Assembly (NCBI GenBank): GCA_963720545.1
Contig: OY970399.1
Location: 64,001 to 128,000, forward strand
DNA length: 64,000 nucleotides
Direction of reading: 5' to 3'
DNA from: an uncultured Acidobacteriota bacterium
GTDB taxonomy: Bacteria > Acidobacteriota > Vicinamibacteria > Fen-336
Positions within the stretch are counted from its first letter, which is position 1. The number at the start of each line of letters is the position of its first letter. Under the pieces are notes generated by a model. The model made no database searches. It was not told the DNA's origin and saw only the letters and a list, made by a program, of their open reading frames with translations. The translations under genes and the position numbers were made by a program. Positions 30,103 through 39,155 of the stretch are shown one piece after another.

Positions 30103-32888
30103 GGAGTCACTTTCGGTGCGTTCCATGCGACGGCCTCCATCTTGAGCGGGCCAAAGACGGTGCCCTGCGGATAGCGCACCGCGAGCTCGCGGCTTTCGCC
30201 GGGCATCAGCGCGAAGTAGTTGTCGTCCCAAAGCACCGGCACCACTTCCTTGCCGGTGGTGGCGTCGAGCGCCTTGAGGTGCACCTGAAACGCAACCGTA
30301 GTCCCGGTGTTGGAGATGGTGACGGTCCCGCCGGTGACAACTGCCGTGCTGCCCGGCGTTCCGCTGCCCGGCGAACCTGCCGCCGCACTACCCGTCGCTC
30401 TGGCGGCCGCACCGGCGGCGCCATTGCCGGGAGCCACCTTCAGCGTCAGTGTGGTTGCCGGCAGTGAAGAGAGTGCAGTGAGGTCGGCGTGCCGTTTCGT
30501 CGGCGTGTAGAACCACTCGGTTTTCTCCCAGTCGAGCACGTCGTCGGCCGTGGACAGCCAGTAGAAGTTGCTGCTGACGAGCTGGCCCGACGCGTCTTCC
30601 AGCCGCAGGTGCACGAAATAGACGGACGGGGCAGCACCAGCGGCCGGAGCCGGGACCTTCGACCACCGCACCACGGCGTCGGGCGCGAGATCGATCGTCC
30701 CCTTGTCCGCGAACAGCGTCTTCATCGACGCATCGAAAACCTGCACCGAGACGCGCAGGCCCTGGTGCGCGGTCCAGGTGTCGTTGACTATGGCGACCGA
30801 GCGGTCGTCGTAGGAGTACTGGACGTGCACCGGTTCGCACGCCTTCATGGTGCCGTAGAAGCCGCCGCCCGGCCGCAGGTAATAGTCGTAGAGGTGCCAG
30901 ATCAGCGACGGCCAGGCGTTGTTGAGCATCCACTGGACGACGCCGGTCGACGTGTACTTGTTGCGCGCGTACGCCTCGAACATCGCGCGTTCGCCGTCGT
31001 AGGTGAGCGCCTGCGCCTTGCGCGCATAGTCCTCGACGTCGGCCGAGGGGCCATAGCGGCCGCGCAACGCCGCGGTGAAGCGTTCGATGTTGCGGAATTC
31101 GTCGCCGCCGGCGTGAAAGTTCCACCAATCGTCGATGGGCCACAGGTGTTCTTTCGGCAGCATCTCGCGCAAGCTCTCGACCGGCGGCACCGCGGCACCC
31201 GGCCCGATCTCGGTGGCGAAGCCGAAGGCGCCGCCGTTCTTCGTGTCGGTGAGCCAGTAGGACGGCGGCACGTAGTCGTAGGGTCCGCGCATCTTCACGC
31301 CGGTGGCGCCGCTCACCGGCCCGGCAGCGTCGGTCGCGTTCGAGAGGATCGGCTTGTCCCAGCCGACGCTCGTCAGCACGTCGAGATACGCTTTCTCGAC
31401 GTCGTGCGGCGGCGGCTTGTCGCTGCCGTTCATCCAGGCGATCACGCTCGGATGCGCGCGCAACCGCTGCGCCTGGCTCGCGAGCGAGGAAGGCCCGACG
31501 CGGTGGTCTTCGGCGTCCCACTTGTCCCACATCTCCCACTGGTCGCAGCAGCACCAGCCCGGCATGGTGAGGATGCCCATCTCGTCGGCGAGGTCGTAGA
31601 AGAGGTCGCCCTCGAGCTTGCCTTCGAGGCGCACGGTGTTGAGGCCCATCGCCTTCACGTACTCGAGTTCGGCGCGCAGGCGTTCGCGCGACGCCGGACG
31701 GAACAGCATGTCGCTGGCCCAGCCGCCGCCGCGAATCACCAGCGGCCGGCCGTTCACCTTGAAGAGCCGGTGCCCGGCAGGCGTGAGCTCGCTCGTCATC
31801 TGCTGGATGCCGAAGCGCGACTTCGCGCTGTCCGACACTGCGCCGCCCACCACCGCTTCCACCGTGATCGGGTAGAGCGCCGGCTCGCCCATGCGGTAGG
31901 GCCACCAGAGCCGCGGCTTCGCCATCACCAGGCCGGGCGCTTCGGCGCTGGTGATGCGCACCAGCTTCTGCTCGTGCGGGCCGAGCGACACCTGCTTGGC
32001 GAAGCGGATCGCCTCGATGGTGCCGCGCACCTCGCCGCTCACCGAAGCCCCGGTGGTGTTGCGCACGTCCACCGCCACGGTCAGCTTCGCGCTTGCCAGG
32101 GTGCCGAGGTCGATCTCGCTCGAGACCGACGGATGGCGCAGCGCCAGCGGGCCGCTCTCGGTGAGGTAGACGTCGCCCCAGAGACCCATGTTCTTGTCGG
32201 CCGGAGTCGGGTTCCAGTCGACCCACATGAAGGCGAGGTCGCCCGGGCCCGGCGCTTTCACCTGCACGGCGACCGCGTTCGGCGCGCCGGGTTTCAGCAG
32301 GCGCGTGATGTCGAACTCGAAGCGGCGGAAGGCGCCCACGGCCTCCTGGTCGTTCGCGATGCGCGTGCCGTTCACCCAGATGTTGGCCCGGTAGTTGAGG
32401 CCGTCGAAGTGCAGCCACACGCTGCGGCCGTCACCGGGAGCGGCGGTGAATTCCTTGCGAAACCACCACGGCACCGCGAACGGGCTGGTCGCCGGCATGT
32501 CGATGAGGGTGAAGCGTTCGCCGATCTTGTACTCGGTGCCGGGAATGCCGCGCAGGTTCATCCCGAAGTACGGATCGGGGTACTTGCCGGCGGCCACCAG
32601 CGCGCCGACGACCGTGTTGGGCACGGTGGTCTTCTGCCACGCCGCGGTGTCGTACCCGGGCTGCGACAACACTTCTCCCGACGCCTTGTCGACGGCGGAC
32701 GATTGCAGCGCCCAGCCGGTGCCGAAGTCGGAAGAGGGAGGCGCGTCCGCGACGGCGAGGGGTGGTGTGCCAGCGGCCGATCCCGGCATCGCGGGAGCGA
32801 AGAGCGGGGCAGCCGCGCTCGCGTGCTGCGCGGTGGCGCAGCAGCCGGCAACAGTCCCGAGGGTTATCAAAAGCCGCCGCATCCGCAT
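30099..32888 (-). CDS. GH2 exo-beta-D-glucosaminidase (CsxA-like)
   Basis: PWWFR, FDGLNYRANIW.NG, WVDWNP.P.DKNMGLW, GLNTVRLEGK, PGWCCCD.WE. Asp acid/base in NGSD (CsxA hallmark, replacing the usual NE) and nucleophile FATE; GPYDYVPP, QWMLNNAW. Confidence 0.88.
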   Translation of the reverse strand: MRMRRLLITLGTVAGCCATAQHASAAAPLFAPAMPGSAAGTPPLAVADAPPSSDFGTGWALQSSAVDKASGEVLSQPGYDTAAWQKTTVPNTVVGALVAAGKYPDPYFGMNLRGIPGTEYKIGERFTLIDMPATSPFAVPWWFRKEFTAAPGDGRSVWLHFDGLNYRANIWVNGTRIANDQEAVGAFRRFEFDITRLLKPGAPNAVAVQVKAPGPGDLAFMWVDWNPTPADKNMGLWGDVYLTESGPLALRHPSVSSEIDLGTLASAKLTVAVDVRNTTGASVSGEVRGTIEAIRFAKQVSLGPHEQKLVRITSAEAPGLVMAKPRLWWPYRMGEPALYPITVEAVVGGAVSDSAKSRFGIQQMTSELTPAGHRLFKVNGRPLVIRGGGWASDMLFRPASRERLRAELEYVKAMGLNTVRLEGKLEGDLFYDLADEMGILTMPGWCCCDQWEMWDKWDAEDHRVGPSSLASQAQRLRAHPSVIAWMNGSDKPPPHDVEKAYLDVLTSVGWDKPILSNATDAAGPVSGATGVKMRGPYDYVPPSYWLTDTKNGGAFGFATEIGPGAAVPPVESLREMLPKEHLWPIDDWWNFHAGGDEFRNIERFTAALRGRYGPSADVEDYARKAQALTYDGERAMFEAYARNKYTSTGVVQWMLNNAWPSLIWHLYDYYLRPGGGFYGTMKACEPVHVQYSYDDRSVAIVNDTWTAHQGLRVSVQVFDASMKTLFADKGTIDLAPDAVVRWSKVPAPAAGAAPSVYFVHLRLEDASGQLVSSNFYWLSTADDVLDWEKTEWFYTPTKRHADLTALSSLPATTLTLKVAPGNGAAGAAARATGSAAAGSPGSGTPGSTAVVTGGTVTISNTGTTVAFQVHLKALDATTGKEVVPVLWDDNYFALMPGESRELAVRYPQGTVFGPLKMEAVAWNAPKVTP

Positions 32889-32947
32889 TCGATGTGCCTC
32901 CGAGCCGCCGGGGCGGAGGTTAGACGTTTCCGGGTGACCTTGGCAAT

Positions 32948-32969
32948 ACTTTCTTAAGACGCTTTATTA
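32948..32969. promoter_or_regulatory. Putative ROK-regulator operator ACTTTCTTAAGACGCTTTATTA
   Basis: AT-rich island between divergent GH2 and ROK genes; 18/22 identical to 41281-41302. Confidence 0.65.
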
Positions 32970-33024
32970 TCGCTGTGGGCGCGCGCTAGACTCCGCGCGC
33001 GGGCGAGGTGCGGAGGCACCGCAA

Positions 33025-34245
33025 GTGGCGACTGAAAAGCAGCAACCGGCGGCCGAGGCGGCGCGCGCCGCGCATGTTCGCGGCATGAACCTCGAACGCC
33101 TCTTCGGCGTGGCGATGGCGCAGGATGGCCGCTTCACGCGCGCGGAGCTGATCGCAGCAACCAGCCTGTCGGCGCCGACCGTAGGCGCGCTGTCTTCGGC
33201 GCTCATCGAGCGCGGCCTGCTGCGCGACCTCGGCATCGGCCCGTCGAGCGGCGGGCGTCGTCCGTCGTTCATGGAGTTCAACGCGCGCCACAGCTACGTC
33301 GCCGCCATCGACATCGGTGCTGCCAGCACGCGACTCGCGGTCGCCGACCTGCGCGGCGAACCCGTCGCGCGCCGCACTCTGCCAACACCCACCGCGCAAC
33401 GGCCGCTCGCGATGCTGCGCTCGCTCACCGCCGAGCTGCGCACCCTGCTGAAGGACGAAGGCGTGCCGCTCGACAAGGTGCGGGTGGCCGCGGTCGGCGT
33501 CCCGGGCGCAGTCGATCGCGAGAACGGCGTGGTGGTTGCGCTGGCGCCGAACCTCAAGGGCTGGTCGCGCGTGCCGGTGGGCGCGACGCTGAAGAAGGCG
33601 CTGGGCGTGCCGGTGGTGGTCGAGAACGACGTCAACCTCGCGATCCTCGCCGAGCGCTGGCGCGGCGCCGCCCAGGGCCACGACACCTGCGCCTACGTCA
33701 CGCTCGGCACCGGTATCGGCGCCGGCATCATCGTCGACGGCGCGCTGCACCACGGTCATCACTATCTCGCGGGCGAGATCGGCATCATGTGCATGGGGCC
33801 GCAGTTCGTCGAGGACGACTTCGGCACGCGCGGCTGCCTCGAAACGCTCGCCGGCCTCAAGTCGGTGGGCGCGCGCTGGCACGCTGTTGGCGGAAGCAAC
33901 GGCAACGGCGCAGGCGAGCTGGGCGCGCTGTTCGCGGCGGCGCGTGGCGGCGACCCGCAGGCGGCGCGGATCCTCAAGGAGACGTTCACGCTCATCGGCA
34001 TGGCGGTCGCGAACCTCAGTGTCGTCATCGACCCGTCACTGGTGGTGCTCGGCGGCGCGCTGGCGTCGCAGGATGGAGCGCTGCTGGACGAGGTGCGGCG
34101 CATTGTCTCGCGCATCATTCCCGCGCCCAGCGCCATCGTCACTTCGGAGCTGGGAGAGGAGGCGCCGTTGTGGGGCGCCATCCTGGTGGCGCAGGAGGAA
34201 GCGGCGCGGCGCATTCGCCGCCAGCTGCGCATGGCCCGCGGCTAG
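33025..34245 (+). CDS. ROK family transcriptional regulator (NagC/XylR-like)
   Basis: N-terminal wHTH (TRAELIAATSLSAPTV), SSGGRRP, AIDIG, VGVPG.VD, VENDVN, LGTGIGAG, AGEIG, GCLE. Confidence 0.95.
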   Translation: MATEKQQPAAEAARAAHVRGMNLERLFGVAMAQDGRFTRAELIAATSLSAPTVGALSSALIERGLLRDLGIGPSSGGRRPSFMEFNARHSYVAAIDIGAASTRLAVADLRGEPVARRTLPTPTAQRPLAMLRSLTAELRTLLKDEGVPLDKVRVAAVGVPGAVDRENGVVVALAPNLKGWSRVPVGATLKKALGVPVVVENDVNLAILAERWRGAAQGHDTCAYVTLGTGIGAGIIVDGALHHGHHYLAGEIGIMCMGPQFVEDDFGTRGCLETLAGLKSVGARWHAVGGSNGNGAGELGALFAAARGGDPQAARILKETFTLIGMAVANLSVVIDPSLVVLGGALASQDGALLDEVRRIVSRIIPAPSAIVTSELGEEAPLWGAILVAQEEAARRIRRQLRMARG

Positions 34246-34291
34246 CGCGCAGCGCGCTGTTCCCATTGGCGCGCCGCGCGGGCGCGACGGG

Positions 34292-35956
34292 TCACCGCCC
34301 CTGTTCGATCGTTACGATCTGGTCGGCGCGCACGGTCTCGCGCCGCGTGGTCGTGCCGTCGGGCCAGCGCACCTCGATGCTGTCGACGGCCGCGGCCGCG
34401 CCCAGCCCGAAGTGCTGCCGCATGTCGTCCTGCGAGATGTAGCTCGTGCCACTGCGCACCACGCGTATCTGGCTGCGGGCACCGGTGCGCACCGTGACGA
34501 TGGCGCCGAGCGCGTCGCGGTTGCCGCCCTGGCCGCGCAGCTTGACGAGCAGCCAGTGGCCGGCCGCAGCACCCTCGTTGCGCAGCACCTGCGGCACGCC
34601 GTCGAGGTCGTTGATCACGAGGTCGAGGCGGCCGTCGTTGTCGAGGTCGCCGGCCGCGAGGCCGCGGCTCACGCGCGGTTCGCTCAGCACCGGCCCGTAA
34701 TTCATCGACACGTCCTCGAAGGTACCGTCGCCGCGGTTGTTGTGATAGAGCAGCTTCCTCTGCCGATAGCCGGCCGAGGCGCCGAGCCGCGCCTGGTCGA
34801 GCTGCGGGTAGACATGGCCGTTGACGGCGATCAGGTCTTCCCAGCTGTCGTTGTCGTAGTCGAAGAACGCCGTGCCCCAGCCGACGTAGGGCAGGCTCGA
34901 GGCGGCGGTCCTGGAGGCGAAGGAAACGTCGGTGAAATGGTCGCCGTCGTTGCGGTAGAGCGCGTTGTACTCCTCGGCGAAGTTGGTGACGAAGAGGCTG
35001 AAGCGGCCGCTCGCGTTGTAGTCGCCGATTGCAACCCCCATGCTGCCCTGCTCGGCGCCGTCCTCGCTCACCGCCACGCCTTGCGGGAAGGCGCTCTCCT
35101 TGAACGTCCCGTCCTTCTGGTTGAGGTAGAGGAAGTTCGGCGTCGAGTCGTTGGCGACGTAGAGATCCGGCCAGCCATCGGCGTTCGCGTCGAACCAGGC
35201 GATGCCCAGCCCGAAGTAGCCGCGCGGATCGGCGACTCCGGCCTTGGCCCCGACTTCGCTGAAGCGTCCCGAGCCATCGTTGTGGAACAGCAAGTCGCCT
35301 TCGCCCGGAAGTCCGCGCGGGCCGCACTGCACGGCGACGCCACGGTACTGGCAGGTCTTGCCCATGCCGAATTCGGGAAGCGCGTCGAGGTCGATCTTCA
35401 CGTAGCGGCTCACGAACAGGTCGAGCCGCCCGTCGTGATCGTAGTCGGCGAAGCCGCAGCCGGCGGCCCAGCCCGAGCCCGCGACACCGGATTTCTCGGT
35501 GACGTCCTCGAAAACTCCGCCACCCTTGTTGCGATAGAGCTTGTTGCCGCCGAGCGCGGTGACGTAGACGTCGGCCCAGCCGTCGGCATCGTAGTCGGCG
35601 ACGCACACGCCCATGCCCCAGCCCGGATGGCCGACGCCCGCCTTGTCGGTGACGTCCTCGAACTGCCAGTTGCCCTTGTTGCGGTAGAGCGCGCTGCGCG
35701 CCGCCTTCGGGTCGCGCGCGGTCGCGACCGTGAGCGAATCGACGAAATAGATGTCGAGCAGTCCGTCATTGTCGAAGTCGAAGAGCGCGACACCGCCGCT
35801 CATCGACTCGACGATGTACTTCTTCTCGGGGTCGGCGTGATGGCGAAACGTGATTCCCGCGGCGGCGGCCACATCGCGAAACAGCACCGGGGTTTCGGCG
35901 CCCGCGGCGATGGCGGTGAGTGCGGCCGCGGCGCAGAGAAGCACAGCGATCTTCAC
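34292..35956 (-). CDS. CRTAC1/ASPIC-UnbV family FG-GAP repeat protein
   Basis: GTG start overlapping the upstream stop; repeated FDFDNDG/ADYDADG/GDLDNDG Ca-binding blades; C-terminal SYISQDD...[13 protein letters not shown]. Confidence 0.92.
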   Translation of the reverse strand: MKIAVLLCAAAALTAIAAGAETPVLFRDVAAAAGITFRHHADPEKKYIVESMSGGVALFDFDNDGLLDIYFVDSLTVATARDPKAARSALYRNKGNWQFEDVTDKAGVGHPGWGMGVCVADYDADGWADVYVTALGGNKLYRNKGGGVFEDVTEKSGVAGSGWAAGCGFADYDHDGRLDLFVSRYVKIDLDALPEFGMGKTCQYRGVAVQCGPRGLPGEGDLLFHNDGSGRFSEVGAKAGVADPRGYFGLGIAWFDANADGWPDLYVANDSTPNFLYLNQKDGTFKESAFPQGVAVSEDGAEQGSMGVAIGDYNASGRFSLFVTNFAEEYNALYRNDGDHFTDVSFASRTAASSLPYVGWGTAFFDYDNDSWEDLIAVNGHVYPQLDQARLGASAGYRQRKLLYHNNRGDGTFEDVSMNYGPVLSEPRVSRGLAAGDLDNDGRLDLVINDLDGVPQVLRNEGAAAGHWLLVKLRGQGGNRDALGAIVTVRTGARSQIRVVRSGTSYISQDDMRQHFGLGAAAAVDSIEVRWPDGTTTRRETVRADQIVTIEQGR

Positions 35957-36930
35957 TGCCGCGTCCGGTTGCCGGCGCCTTCGCCTGTGGCACTGCGCAG
36001 CTCTGCCAGCTGTTTCTCCATCGCGCGCAGCGCCCCGGTGTAGGCGGCACGTTCGCGTTCGGCGGAGGCTGCGTCGCCCGAGCGCTCGTAGGCGATGCTC
36101 AGCTGATAGTGAGCCTTGGCCGACGCCGGATCCGCGGCGACCGCACTCGCAAGCGCTGCAACCGCCTCCGGATAGCGCGCCTGCTGGATCCGCAGCATCC
36201 CGAGCGCGACATTGGCGGCGGCGTCGCCGGGCCGCGCGGCGAGAGCGCGGGCGGCATGCGCGTCGGCGCCCGCGAGGTCGCCAAGCCCCACCTCGGCCTC
36301 GGCGAGCGCCGCAAGCGCGTCGGCGCTCTCGGGCAGCGACAGCAGGCCACGGACCAGCACCGGCCGGGCCTCGGAATACTGTTTGCGGACGTTGTGAGCG
36401 ATGCCGAGCGCGACCAGGGTGAGCGCGTTGTCGGGAGCAAGCTCCGCGGCACGCAACAGGTCGTCGGTCGCGGCCACGGGGTCGCCGGCCTGCAGGCGCG
36501 CCACTCCTTTCAGGTAGTGATACTCGCCGACACCCGGCCACATGCGGGTGAGCGGTTCGAGCGCCTGCACGGCGGCAATCGGCGCGTGCGCCGTGAGCGC
36601 GGCCTCGGCCTGCGCCTGCAAAACGTCCTCCGCGGAAGGCGCCAGTTCACGGGCGCGGCGCAGCGTCTCGAGGGCGCCCGCGGTGTCGCCGCCGGCGGCG
36701 CGCACGCGCGCGAGCCGCAGCAGGATCTCGACCGACTCGACGCGCGCGGCCGCGGCGGACAGCGTCTTGATGGCGTCGCCGCGCCGTCCCGCGGCAAGCG
36801 CCGCATCGGCTTCGGCGAACGCCTGCTGCCGCACCGACGCAACGGAAACGGCGGCCGCGGCGTTCGCGGCAGTCGTCGTGACGACGCAGATCGATGCGAT
36901 CGCCAGCAGCGCGGCGGGCAGTCTTCTCAA
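35953..36930 (-). CDS. Secreted TPR protein
   Basis: Signal peptide; TPRs ([37 protein letters not shown]). Confidence 0.82.
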   Translation of the reverse strand: MRRLPAALLAIASICVVTTTAANAAAAVSVASVRQQAFAEADAALAAGRRGDAIKTLSAAAARVESVEILLRLARVRAAGGDTAGALETLRRARELAPSAEDVLQAQAEAALTAHAPIAAVQALEPLTRMWPGVGEYHYLKGVARLQAGDPVAATDDLLRAAELAPDNALTLVALGIAHNVRKQYSEARPVLVRGLLSLPESADALAALAEAEVGLGDLAGADAHAARALAARPGDAAANVALGMLRIQQARYPEAVAALASAVAADPASAKAHYQLSIAYERSGDAASAERERAAYTGALRAMEKQLAELRSATGEGAGNRTRQ

Positions 36931-39155
36931 GGTGTTGCGCCTCGTTTCTTGTCCTTGAGGTTACGGAAGATCTCGAACTGCTGCTCGGCCTCCTGCGTGC
37001 GGCCGAGCTTCTGCAGCGCCTTGCCGAGCTGGTAGTGCACGTTCGCGTCGTCCGGCGAGAGCTTCGCGGCGGCTTCGAGGTGCAGGGCGGCTTCGCCGGC
37101 ATCTCCGGATGCGACCAGGAGCTTGCCCAGCAGGTAGCGGGCCTCGCCCATGTCGGGCTGCGACTGGAGCAGCGAGCGCAGGAGCGGCACGGCTTCGTCC
37201 GACTTGCCGGTGAGTTCGAGCACCGAGGCGAGATTCTGCCGCGAACGGAAGTCCTGCGGATGTGAAGCCACTTCCGCGCGCAGCCGCGCTTCAGCCTCGT
37301 CGAGCTTCCCTTGCTTCAGGTACAGGACGCCAAGCGTGCCGTTGGCCTCGGCGACATCCGGTTTCAATTCGAGCGCGCGCGTCAGTGAACGCACCGCCGC
37401 GTCGTAGTCGCCTTGCGCGGCGTGCGCCTGTCCCAGGACCACATGGATCTCGGCAGATTCGCCCGCCCCGGTTTCGAGCCCCGCGAACACGCGTTCCGCT
37501 TCGCCGGCGCGATTGCTGCGCACCAGCGCGGCGCCGTAGGTGAACTGCAGCGACGGGTCGGCCTCGCGCGCCGGGTCGTCGCGCAGCAGGTCGGCGGCCT
37601 GCGTGTAGTCGCCGGAGTTGAAGGACGCGAGCGCCAGCATCCGCCGCGATGCCGCGTCGCCCGGCTCCGCGGCGACGGCATTCGCAAGCGCAGGTGCCGC
37701 TTCCTTGAAGCGCCCCGCGTTGAAGAGCGAAACGCCGAGCGCTCTCTGCATTTGTGGAAACGCCGGTGCCACTTCGGCGCCCAGCGACAGCAGCGACGCC
37801 GCACGGTCGAAGCGGGCGGCCTGCGCATGCACCACCCCGAGGTTGAAGAGCGCCCTGGCGACCGCATCGCGCGCGTGCGCTTCAGCGGCACCGAGCGCGG
37901 CGTCGTTGCCGTCCCTGTCCGCGGCATTGCCGAGGAGGGAAGCGATCGCCGTTTCGGCCACCTGCTCGGTCGGCGCGTCGCTCATGTAGCGCGCAAGGTC
38001 GTCGCGCGAACTCGACGCGCGCTCGGCTGAGGTGCTCTCCGCGGCAGCAAAGTGCGTCGCCGCCTCGGTGCCGCGGCCCAGCCGGCGCAGAGCGGTGGCG
38101 AGCTGATAGTGGGCGCCGCCCAGGCGCGAGGCGTCCACCGGCGGCACTGCCATCGCGGACACCGCCTTTTGCAGCGTTTCGGCGGCCTCTGGTGCGTTGC
38201 CAAGGGCCAGCTGGCAGCGGCCCAGGTAGAGCAGTGCGTCCGGGTCGGGATGAGGCCGCCCGGCCGCGGAACGGAGCAGCGGCAACGCCTCAGCAGGTTG
38301 GCGTGCCTCGACCAGCGCCATGCCGAGGCGCAGGTTGATGAGCGGCTCGTCGGGCGAGAGCGCCAGCTCCTTGCGAAAATGAGCGATCGCCGAGTCGAGC
38401 CCGGCCGTGCCGCGATCGGTGACGTCGATCATGCCGAGGTAGTAGTGAGCGTGGCGGACGCGCGGATCCGCGGCGAGCGCCTGCTCGAGCGGCGGCCGGG
38501 CACGGTCGAAGTCGCCGAAGTCGCGGTACGTGCGCCCTATGAGGACTTTGGTCTGTGGAATCGGCCGCAGGGTGAGGAGGCGCGTGAAGAGCTTCTCCGC
38601 GGCCTCCGGTTTCTGGACGCGCAGATAACCGCCGGCGAGGGCGAAGAGCATCTCGGCGTCGTCCGGATCGGCGCCATAGCCTTCCTCCAGTTCCTGCACC
38701 GCCTCCGCGGGGCGGCCGGCGGCCACCAGCGCCTGCGCCAGCATCAGGCGTCCGTCGCGGTCGTTCGGATGACGCGCGAGCTCCCGGGTGAGTGTGCCGA
38801 TCGCCGCTTCGGCATCGCGGCGCCCCAGCTGCAGCAGCGCGATGCTGTGCGCCGGCCGGGTCGTCTCTTCCGAGGATGCCGCGGCATGCTGAAACGCCGC
38901 GAGCGCCTCGTCGCTACGCCCCTTCGCCTGCAGCGCCGCGCCGATCGCGAGGAACCCTTCGGTGAGGGCCGCGCGGTAGCGGCTCTCGGCCAGCTGCAGT
39001 TCGCCGTCGCGAAGGCTGGCCTCGGCCGCCGCCATGAGTGCATCGAGTGGCGCAGCGGGCGATTGCGCGGGCCGCGGCGGCGCCGCGGGCGCCTGTGCCG
39101 GTAGCGTAGGCGCCGCGACCAGCAACAGCGCCGCAGCCGGCATCACCAGTTTCAC
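36927..39155 (-). CDS. Large secreted multi-TPR protein
   Basis: Signal peptide; many TPRs (AHYYLG, ARYLLGKLL, VHYQLGKALQKLGR); 4-bp overlaps with both neighbours. Confidence 0.88.
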   Translation of the reverse strand: MKLVMPAAALLLVAAPTLPAQAPAAPPRPAQSPAAPLDALMAAAEASLRDGELQLAESRYRAALTEGFLAIGAALQAKGRSDEALAAFQHAAASSEETTRPAHSIALLQLGRRDAEAAIGTLTRELARHPNDRDGRLMLAQALVAAGRPAEAVQELEEGYGADPDDAEMLFALAGGYLRVQKPEAAEKLFTRLLTLRPIPQTKVLIGRTYRDFGDFDRARPPLEQALAADPRVRHAHYYLGMIDVTDRGTAGLDSAIAHFRKELALSPDEPLINLRLGMALVEARQPAEALPLLRSAAGRPHPDPDALLYLGRCQLALGNAPEAAETLQKAVSAMAVPPVDASRLGGAHYQLATALRRLGRGTEAATHFAAAESTSAERASSSRDDLARYMSDAPTEQVAETAIASLLGNAADRDGNDAALGAAEAHARDAVARALFNLGVVHAQAARFDRAASLLSLGAEVAPAFPQMQRALGVSLFNAGRFKEAAPALANAVAAEPGDAASRRMLALASFNSGDYTQAADLLRDDPAREADPSLQFTYGAALVRSNRAGEAERVFAGLETGAGESAEIHVVLGQAHAAQGDYDAAVRSLTRALELKPDVAEANGTLGVLYLKQGKLDEAEARLRAEVASHPQDFRSRQNLASVLELTGKSDEAVPLLRSLLQSQPDMGEARYLLGKLLVASGDAGEAALHLEAAAKLSPDDANVHYQLGKALQKLGRTQEAEQQFEIFRNLKDKKRGATP

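Noticed and set aside
30330..30430. Gly/Ala/Ser/Thr-rich repetitive stretch in the GH2 gene (also the Pro/Ala repeat near 60150-60210)
   Set aside because: In-frame low-complexity linkers, not independent elements.
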